A DNA stretch of 61,151 bases, the filler included, from Platydemus manokwari (lineage: Eukaryota): assembly GCA_037951405.1 (NCBI GenBank). It is 5 parts of 5 records of this genome, joined end to end, with 100 filler letters (N's around TTAATTAATTAA, not from the genome) between each part and the next. Parts side by side here need not be neighbours in the genome. Positions count along the whole stretch, not along the records: positions 41,534 to 61,151 come from JBBMOY011822500.1; 4 more parts are not named here. One strand, written 5' to 3'. A program made the position numbers and the translations under genes. Under the pieces are notes generated by a model, which saw only the letters and a program-made list of their open reading frames with translations, was not told the DNA's origin and made no database searches. Shown here in pieces: positions 52,308-61,151 of this stretch; position 1 is the first letter of the stretch; each line of letters opens with the position of its first letter.

Positions 52308-53279
52308 ATGTTTCAAAATTTACCCGAAGATATTCTTTTCAATATTTTATCATATTTATCGGCGAAAGATCTTTGTCGTTTATCCTGTGTAAATAATAGA
52401 TTCTATTATATCAGCAACGATGAGTATTTTTGGCGTCGCAAATTGTTAACAGACAGCAAATATTGGAAGTCTCTTGGTAGTGATTCCAACCCAGAATTAT
52501 ATCGTTCAAGATATCTAAACGAAATGCCAAGCAAAGAGATCTATTTGCGCTGTTGTCCAAACATTCAAGAATATTATTTTTCCAATAATTCTTTCTCCAT
52601 CAACGATGTATTTATCCGTTTAAAATCAATATTCTATAAAGTCATACCTAAAATTGCATTGATAGGACCCGGGTTGGAATCCGATACGAGCTGTTTTGTA
52701 AAAAATATCATGTGCGACAGCCCAATCAATCCTTTGAAATTCATTAAAATGTTCCCCGGTTATGCGGGCGGAATCGGTTCAGGTTTCACGTTTGAACTGA
52801 AAAACGGTTTCAAATCGTTTTCCCGCCAATTCGATCTCAGCATAATTTATTCGACAACCGAAAACGAGCGAACCCAATCCGTAACGACAGCCAATCGGAT
52901 GCAAAACAACAAACTGTTCCAATCATCGAATTCCGACGTCTTCAGATTGACATCGCAAGCGATGGATTTTTTCCTATCGATGGACGCATTGATTTACGTC
53001 GTGGACGCCAACGTCCAATCAGAATCGTTTTGGGAGCTTGCGAAACTGGAACTGTACTCGATCACTCAGCACATGTGGGTGAAACCCCACATTCCGATTC
53101 TCATTCTGTCGTTGGCGCTCAACGATTTCATTCCGCGCAAAGTGTCTTGTTTGAACGTCATCGATCAGCTCGATATGAACAAATTGAATGGCCGTTGGCA
53201 AGTGATTAATTCGACTGTCATGGATATGGCTAAGGTGGATGAAGCATTTAATTGGGTGCTCAATAATTGTCGACCATGA
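52308..53279 (+). CDS. FBXO4: F-box only protein 4, intronless
   Basis: N-terminal F-box (LPEDILFNILSYLSAKDLCRL); PKIALIGPGLE, GIGSG, YSTT..ER, DALIYVVDA, PILIL, WQV..S of the FBXO4 GTPase-like domain; TGA stop where homologues end. Confidence 0.92.
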   Translation: MFQNLPEDILFNILSYLSAKDLCRLSCVNNRFYYISNDEYFWRRKLLTDSKYWKSLGSDSNPELYRSRYLNEMPSKEIYLRCCPNIQEYYFSNNSFSINDVFIRLKSIFYKVIPKIALIGPGLESDTSCFVKNIMCDSPINPLKFIKMFPGYAGGIGSGFTFELKNGFKSFSRQFDLSIIYSTTENERTQSVTTANRMQNNKLFQSSNSDVFRLTSQAMDFFLSMDALIYVVDANVQSESFWELAKLELYSITQHMWVKPHIPILILSLALNDFIPRKVSCLNVIDQLDMNKLNGRWQVINSTVMDMAKVDEAFNWVLNNCRP

Positions 53280-53999
53280 ATGACGATGCAGATTTTATTT
53301 ATTGATTTTGATTGATTGATATTGTGTGTTTGTTTTGGAGTGTGTGTGTGTTGAATTTCGAGGAATTCCAATCGTTAATATATTCATGTAATCGATTTTG
53401 AGACAACTAATAGCAGTGATGGTAACCATTGGTGACAAGATTTGTAATAATTATGATATCGATTAATTAATTCTAAAGGTTGTGAGGATCTTTATTAACA
53501 GAGATGCACATACGAATTGAGTAGATGCGCTGGAATTATATGAAATAATATTAAAGATTTTTCCGAAGAAATGGTTTGATTTAGATTCTCTGGTTTACAT
53601 TCCAGGTCTGTTTCCAGAAGTCAGTGGTATGCTCCTGTTTGTTTGGATTATCAGGCTCATGTTTTATAAAGGCTCTTCCGTGGGTTGCATTTGCTCTGTC
53701 CGAACTTATAGTAGTCTCTTTGAACTGGTGGGTTATGTTTTCAGGTTTGTAACTTTACCAGCATGTAATAGTTGGGTCAACTCTCTCCCAAATTTAATGC
53801 CAACAATGCTATCATGACATTTACATATAATGAGATTAATATAATGCTGAGCATCAATCCGATAAGACAATTCTATTTTGTTATTTATAAATCTGTAAAA
53901 TATTCAAAATTAGGATCAATTGAAAAATCTCCTCCCTATTTTTATCAATAGAAGAATCCCCTTCCTAAAATTACCAAAAAATAAGTCAAATAATAACCT

Positions 54000-55500
54000 A
54001 ATTTATTTGTTGGGTGCGCCCCCCCCCACAGCACAACAACACAACATATAAAATAACCATAAGCCTGTTACAACACAACATGTAAAATAACCCAGTATAT
54101 ATATATATATATACAATTGCTTGCAAGTGACAAGCCATATAATATAACCTAGTGCATGCATACAGCTTGAGCATCACGTAGCCCAACATATACATAACAG
54201 TAGCAATGGTGACAACCCTGATTATAGACTGACCAGAGATAAAACAAAAGAACATAGAACATGCTCAATGAGGATAGGCCGGCCGGTAACAATCCAGGTA
54301 ACAGTCTAGTTCAATAATATTAACAATAAATTGACTATTGATTTTGCTAAATCGACTATTGATTTTTCTTGAAAGTGCAATCTTGATTGCTTATGATATC
54401 TGTTGTTAACTCGGACAATAAACCCTTAGTGCAGCTTTTGTATTTGTGTATACCGTATTAAACAATTATTAATTATCTCTGATATGCTATTAAATATGGT
54501 ATTAAACTTTTATCTTTGATATGATATTAAATTAATGATTTATTTATTATGGTGTATAATTTGTGAAGCGGACGAAGAGAACAGTGCGGAAGAAGAGTCG
54601 ACAGCGCGAATAAATGTAGCTTGATAATTAAATAATATAAAATGAATAAATAATAATTAATAAAATTAAAAGGAAAAAAATTAATATAAAATACAAAAAG
54701 TTAAATTAGGCCAATTTAGATCAATTTAAATAGGCATGAGAAAATAATTGCTTAAATAAATTATGTGGAAAAATCAGTAATCCAAAATTGTGAAATAAAT
54801 CAAATTAAGAAAATAGGTGTGAGAAAATTGGTGGTTAAACGTGAAAGAAAAACGGGTAAGGTCAGACGCGTATAAATACCAGCGCTGATCGAGGACCATC
54901 ACCACAAAATTTATCACAGCGAATCACAACCATAACTGTCAGAAACTAATTATCGAATTTCAACGGCCGAAGAGTCTAATTTTGGAATCACTGTCAGCAG
55001 TATTGTTCGGATCTGTTATCGAATATTACGTGTGGGCATATTATCGAAGTTACGCTTGGAGCTATTATATCATAGTTGGATCGGTATTGAAACGTTCAGA
55101 GCTATTATCTAGAATTTTTGGGAGCATTGGCGGATCTAGCCGAGGTAATTTGTTTCGAGAATTTAATAGTAAGAGTTTTTCTTTTCTTTTTCATTTATTT
55201 ACGCTCACATTTATTAACTAGTAACTTAATTAATCATTTATGATAATAATTCAATTTTTAAAATATTTATTCGCTGTCGATAACTAAATCTCCCACTTTG
55301 TCAAAATAAATCTCTTCGTCCGTTACACGGATTTCCCTGTTTATCGCCGAGGCGAGGCACTGGACATTTAGCTAATGTTTTTGTTTTCTTTTATATTAAT
55401 TGTTGAGTTTCGATTTTCTTAAATAAATATTTCTAACATTTCAAGTGTTGTTAATCATTATATCAATTTATAATACGTTACCATTGAAATTTGGACCGAG
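54000..55500 (+). repeat. Diverged dispersed repeat related to 45340-46500
   Basis: Same collinear blocks as 45340-46500. Confidence 0.45.
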
Positions 55501-56339
55501 AGTGTTGTTAATTACTATTTTGTGATACGTGATTTGAGTAAGGTTTGTATAACCGCATCGTTATATTTCTAGGCCCAGAGCAGTTCAGCTTTCTCTGTGC
55601 TCAATTATTAATTTAACATTAACTTATTCTTCTAACAGCTTGGTCCTCATACCAATTATTGAAGCCCCTCAGAACCAGTAAAATAAATAAAATCACGCGC
55701 AACAATATCATTTATTTAATATATTTATTGCGGATATTGGAAAGCAATGATGTGTTGGCATAGATTTGCAAATCCATTTACAACAAATCGGTCTCTCCAC
55801 ATAAATTTTCACCAAAATCGTCAACTGAAAATGCTGTTCGAGAGTTATATATTAAGGTTGTTAATAACACGGCAATTAATAGAGTAATATCAAATAACGG
55901 AAACATGACAATTGTTTAAAACTGGAAGATCACATCTGTTGGAGTTTTGACAATAACACTCTTGATAACTGCTGAACAATATTTATGTATAATGTAGCAA
56001 TTTTTATCATTCATGTTTTTACATTTAATAGAACTGTGTCGATTAATGTAGGAATATTTGTCAGTTTGTGTAACAATAAATTGACGGTTTTGTAAATGTA
56101 TCATTTTTCAGTTTTATCTGTTGTACGATAAACTGAGTTGCATGAACTATTAATTGCAACAATTTCTATTCTTTTATTAAACTTTTCAACAGTTCTGGAT
56201 AAATTATTTATGAAAAGAAATTCATAATATTAACAATTATAATTATACTAAAATTATAATAATTATCTTAAGAGAGGGTATCAATATAAAAAATATATCT
56301 AATATTGCGCAATCAAATATTTATACTTATCATGGGGAT

Positions 56340-56960
56340 TTTGAATATTTAAATACAATATAATTTTATATAGTATCTGATGGAATCCTACTAGCCTGTG
56401 CTAAGTGGTATCTGGTGTGACGATTTTTAAAGATAGTTCAATTACTAATAACTAGTTGGACGATCGATAAGTTAAGATAATATGATTAAAACTAGAACAA
56501 TAGAGATTCCACCAATGATCTGATTTAAATCAGAATAGTAGGTTGCGTGTAATTCGTATAATATAGTATAAATAAATAATAAAACAATGAATGATAAAAG
56601 AATACTTTTATTATGATACAAAATTATCGAATGTGTAATGAGACTAAATTAACAGAATTGGAATGTTGGGCTCTGAAGATGAGAACAACCGACGCAGGGA
56701 ACTAGGTGCCTCCCTAATTCGAACAATAAACTAAAGAAATGATTGATTTTAGTTTACAAGCCCTTACGGATTTGCAATTAATAAGTTAGCCCTGCAAATC
56801 TCACCTAGCTTTGCGAGGGAATGAATGAATTTAAAATAAAAATATTTACCATTGGTATAAATGAATTTAGCGGATTTCCCGATTGAATAAATTATAGGAG
56901 AAGATGATCCCAAGGTTACGGTTATGAATACCCTTCAACTGATGTGTGCCAATTGATAAA
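56340..56960 (+). repeat. Dispersed repeat, copy B (copy A at ~49620-50280)
   Basis: Same collinear blocks as copy A. Confidence 0.85.
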
Positions 56961-58958
56961 AAGATTCTGCTGGATTTTGTCATAAAAATTACATAGACAA
57001 TAGGAGTAAGATATCAAGTCGAGACTGTTAACATTAAAATTATTAAGATCCTTGTTGCCGATCATACAATCTTCATATAGTATTGATCGTGAGGTGAAGA
57101 AAGAAAATAAAAGGTTTAATAGATTGTACCTTGGGCTTGATTAGGACTTATTGAGACTGATCAAGACAACAGTGATCTTCCAAGAATTAAAATCAGAGAC
57201 TGAGAAGAATAAATTGAAATTCAACAAGCCCGAAACACATCATAGCTTTTCTTGAAAGAAAGAACGCAAAGGAAAGTAGAACCTTTACAGTGAACTTAAC
57301 TAAAATAAGAAGATCTACGAATTGAATACCAGTGGATACGACACAAAAATACTTGTTAAAAATAGGAAAAAAGAAAGAATTATTTTAATTAAAATTGCAA
57401 AATAGGAATCTGTAGTAGCATTAAACTATTTGGTTGAGTTGCATTGATAAAATGACTTGTGGAATGATTCATTCTTTGATCTGTTATGAATATATTATGA
57501 ATAGAAATCGATATTTTAATGCGAACATAACTTCTCTTGAATTCGGTCACTCTGGGTTAAAATTCAATAATCTCGTTTTGATTAACGGTAATTTCGATAT
57601 TTATATGAATTGGAAGTAGTCAAACAATATATTTTGTAAATATTGATTCTCACACTACTTGCTAGTTTAGAAAATATTTGACATTTTACAATAACTTGTC
57701 TCAGTGTTTTCAATTAAAACCATTTGTTCAAATCTCTTATTCTTAAAACTATTTGATATAATTGTCTTTTGGCTCAATAACGCACTCATAAATTTTAAAT
57801 CCATAGTAACTCAGAAAAACAAAAATTCCAAGAAATCAGATATCAAGTCACGAGGGCCCGAACAGAAAATTTGTTTTAATTAATAATAGTAATAATTTAG
57901 ATATTAATATCAACATCAATTAATAATCACAGCCTAAATAATAATAATCACTCCAATATCAATAATAGTATAAACGATCATTTTATAATAATAATATCAA
58001 TAAAGATAATATAAATTTATCAATAATTTTTTTTATTTTTAATTTTTCTTTCTCATGGTTAATTAACCAAACTGACTGATTCTATGTGAATGAATCATTT
58101 TAAAGTTATTCCGATGATTTTGAATATCATTCTCGATCAATTTGTAACATACTCTACATCATTATCATTCTATAATTAGATTTTGGGATTCTGACAATGA
58201 TTACAGGAGTTTATTTTTAGTAATTTTTTAAACTGATCTTTTTTCTTCTTTTCGATATCTTTTATATGTCTTATCCCAATAAATAAATATGTAAGAAATT
58301 CTCAACATCAATGACTTAAAAGATTGAAGTGGATTTGAAATACTTTCAAGTATCGGTAGGAGATTTTAATTGTGTTAAAAATGTCATGAATAATTTATTA
58401 TTTCAGAGAAACTGTGATTTACAAGTCAGATATAAACCACTCTTTATTTATTAAAGGATTTCATTTTAAATGACAGACAACATTTCAATTCATTTTATTG
58501 GAAACAAAATAAACCCACATGTATGCACCAAAATATCGGAACATTTGAAAATTATGTCAGCGATTAGGATTGAAATACTGTTAAAATAGCTATTAATCTC
58601 TCCCCCCTCTCTCTCTCTATATATAACGATATCAGGACTGAAATCCACAAATGCCCGACCAATAAAACTTGAGTCAGGGTAAGATAATTGGATATAATAA
58701 ACATATTAATTTACGAAATTGAGGATAACACGAGATTAATTGTAAGTAACACAACGACATTCAACAATCCCGTATCAAATGAAAGTCCATTAAAAATATA
58801 AATCCAAAATTTTTGACACACAACTTTTCACATGAAGGATAAAGTAAGTATGAATACAAAAAATCAATAATATATTCAAATTTCACAAATATACAATCGA
58901 TAAATTCATAATCAATAATTAAATATTAATAGATCAATAAAATATGTATATAATTGTA

Positions 58959-59216
58959 TTAATCCGTATGCGAATTCTTCGGCAATAAATTCTCTTCTTC
59001 AGAGAAATTCAAATATGCGTTCTGTTTATTGGAGAACCTACCTTTTGTACAAAACAAATATGTAAAAATTACAGCGAACAACAAAATAATCAACAAAACC
59101 ACAAGGAGAATAATAAATAAATATAAATCAATTTGTAAGAAATGTTTTTCTTTGGGTATCACCGATGTTTTGTTTATCATAAATCCAAGAGACCATCCAA
59201 TGCTGGAGTCAGATAT
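58959..59216 (-). CDS. Terminal exon of an ectonucleoside triphosphate diphosphohydrolase (CD39/GDA1 NTPDase); upstream exons not found in the window
   Basis: After a TTTTAG acceptor: ISDSSIGWSLGFMINKTSVIP (ACR5, compare GWTLGYMLNLTNMIP), then a TM helix and short tail; TAA stop. Confidence 0.85.
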   Translation of the reverse strand: MSDSSIGWSLGFMINKTSVIPKEKHFLQIDLYLFIILLVVLLIILLFAVIFTYLFCTKGRFSNKQNAYLNFSEEENLLPKNSHTD

Positions 59217-59963
59217 CTAAAAATTACACAATAAAAAAGTACACCGGTTCTGTATGTACACACACGCACACACACATATATGAGCTATTCTGATCAATAA
59301 ATAAACTTCAAATGGAAAAGAATATTCATGATATTCCCGACACTCTCAGTCCATAATCATGATGTCCGATAAAAATATACAAAGCTTATTCCAAACTAGT
59401 TTCTTCTCACTCTACGGGGTTGTAAAATCTGACCCCATAATTTATAAAGAGACTTTGATACAGTGTACTTGAAATACAACACTTAACATTCCATAACCGG
59501 TCGATTAACGTAACAAGTTTTAATGGGCACATTTTTGTGCTTAACTAACCTGCATATTATTGCGAATAAATTTTTGAGCATTTTGATTGGATTATTCGGT
59601 CGTTTATTAATTTTAAATTATTAGCATTTGTAGTTCGTTTTTTGCTTATCAGCTAATGGATATATGGGATCCTTGCATGTATATCATTGTTCCCATGATT
59701 GAAGACATTTTATAGTTTCGGTATTAACTACATTCAATCAATTTCCTCTGCACTTCAAATCAATATTTATAGAAAGGTTTATTTGAAGTATTTGCGAAAT
59801 ATTTATAAATCTTAACTATTTTTAATATTGATTTTGACATAATTCCGAAAAGTATCTAGAAACTCCGAATAATGACATCATCTGTCCATAAAACATACAA
59901 TGTAACGCGCTATTATAAAGCTCTCATTTAAAACGAATAGAAGAGTCATAACATTCAAAATTA

Positions 59964-60480
59964 TACCGTAAATTAAGTGCATTAAGATCTTACATCTATT
60001 TTTAGATCAAAAATATTAGAAAACCCTAAATTAACTTATTCGTCATAGAAACCATGAAATTCTTCTTCACTCTCAAACATATGATCTGTATCCATGTGTT
60101 AATTAACCAGTTTTGTAGCTAATTCTTCAATTTCCTAATCATCCGTGTGTGAGAAATCACTTTGGTAAAATATAGCATCATCTTCAGAGCCAATTTTGGC
60201 AAATTCAGCCATATTTAGCTTGTATCTTGCAGTATAGGGATTTCGCCTTTCAGCCATTTTACGGGAATCAGAAAATTGCACAAAAAATTTGTTAGCTGAA
60301 ATATCAATTTGTTGTGTAGCATCATAAACAGCTGAATAACGGCAGAGAACTAGCTAATCACTTGCATTAATGGTTGATCCAACAAGCCAAGTTGCTAACC
60401 AGACCTATTAAAATGTCCCTGGATTTTAGACTGAATTTTTTTGCAAAAAAGGTAGCTCGTAATACATGTAATCTACGGTA
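59964..60480 (-). mobile_element. Complete internally deleted pogo element (MITE-like, 517 bp)
   Basis: Inverted ends TACCGTAAATTA... and ...TAATCTACGGTA; internal transposase C-terminus GSEDDAIF...FESEEEFHGFYDE. Confidence 0.8.
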
Positions 60481-61075
60481 ATTAACCAAATTATTGAAAC
60501 CAATCGATATATTCAATATAACTTCTGAAGAAACATTTTTTTCATTTTAATTTATCACAGCTTTGATATTAAATTGGGAAAAATAGGAGTTATGTCAAAG
60601 CAAATGGTCTCCATTCTAATTTTAAAAATAATAATCTTAAATTAAAGATCCAGTCTTATTTGTTCGGTGTTAGCTGTTCGAAACAAATGAATTACAGACC
60701 TTCAAAATTGAAAACAGGTGACAATCACAGAAATGCGGTTATGCTCTCAGGAAACGTAAAAATCTAAGCAAATGGAGAATAAAAACCCGAGTATTGACAA
60801 TTGAAATAGAAATGATTAAAATCTAAGATGAAACGAAAAAAGTACAAAATTTGTTGGATACACCACTTAAAAGAGAGAAATGAGAGAATATCCTCACGAG
60901 ATGTTATAGTATGCAGGAACAAGAGAGATGCAGATTGAAAGATTTAGCAAAGGCAATTAGAGATGTTGTCAGTAAATATGAAGTGTGCTAAAAATCGAAA
61001 GACATATCGAAATTGTTACTAACAGAAGGACGTTTTGAGAAAAAATATATTGATTTTCGTGGAATCTTGAAAATG

Positions 61076-61151
61076 TATTAGGCTGAGTCAAAAGTTATTC
61101 ATGTTTTTTAGTTGTTTAAAGTTTTTGTTTTACCAAATCATTTAAACATAA
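61076..61151 (+). mobile_element. Tc1/mariner-type TIR at the window end
   Basis: 72 nt identical to 10752-10823 and preceded by TA. Confidence 0.7.

Noticed and set aside
55700-56150. Cys-rich (Ly6-like) or RT-like fragments
   Set aside because: Conflicting frames on both strands; no supportable call.
59300-59520. Possible penultimate NTPDase exon with TGA at a conserved Trp (FYNPVE*EE)
   Set aside because: Followed by an in-frame TAA with no phase-compatible donor; similarity is weak and the segment looks more like a piggyBac-type remnant.
1-61151. CRISPR arrays, tRNA or rRNA genes, prokaryotic operons
   Set aside because: None seen; the window is eukaryotic with spliced genes.

Overview
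AT-rich eukaryotic (metazoan) scaffold with many short GT-AG introns (38-60 nt), five assembly gaps and abundant decayed transposable elements. The features fit a compact invertebrate genome; an orthonectid such as Intoshia is a guess that cannot be confirmed from the sequence. Host genes, reconstructed by hand: CCAR1 (+, 6 exons); a multi-pass membrane gene (-); a GH65/PGGHG(ATHL1)-like gene that has lost its catalytic motifs (-, at least 8 exons, TE-filled introns); a large C2H2 zinc-finger gene (-); a secreted F-type lectin + PAN gene (-); a 4x HTH-repeat protein (-); intronless FBXO4 (+); and the last exon of an NTPDase (-). TE remnants: mariner, pogo, Gypsy, an RLE-clade non-LTR retrotransposon, and Polinton/Maverick polB next to an NCLDV-like HNH nuclease. 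Main observation: three spliced genes (membrane gene, GH65-like, lectin) keep their frame across canonical introns but are interrupted only by in-frame TGA codons (5, 2 and 1), mostly where Trp fits. In contrast, the four intracellular genes encode all 23 Trp residues as TGG, and FBXO4 appears to end at TGA. This suggests gene-class- or stage-specific UGA recoding; pseudogene decay is not excluded.
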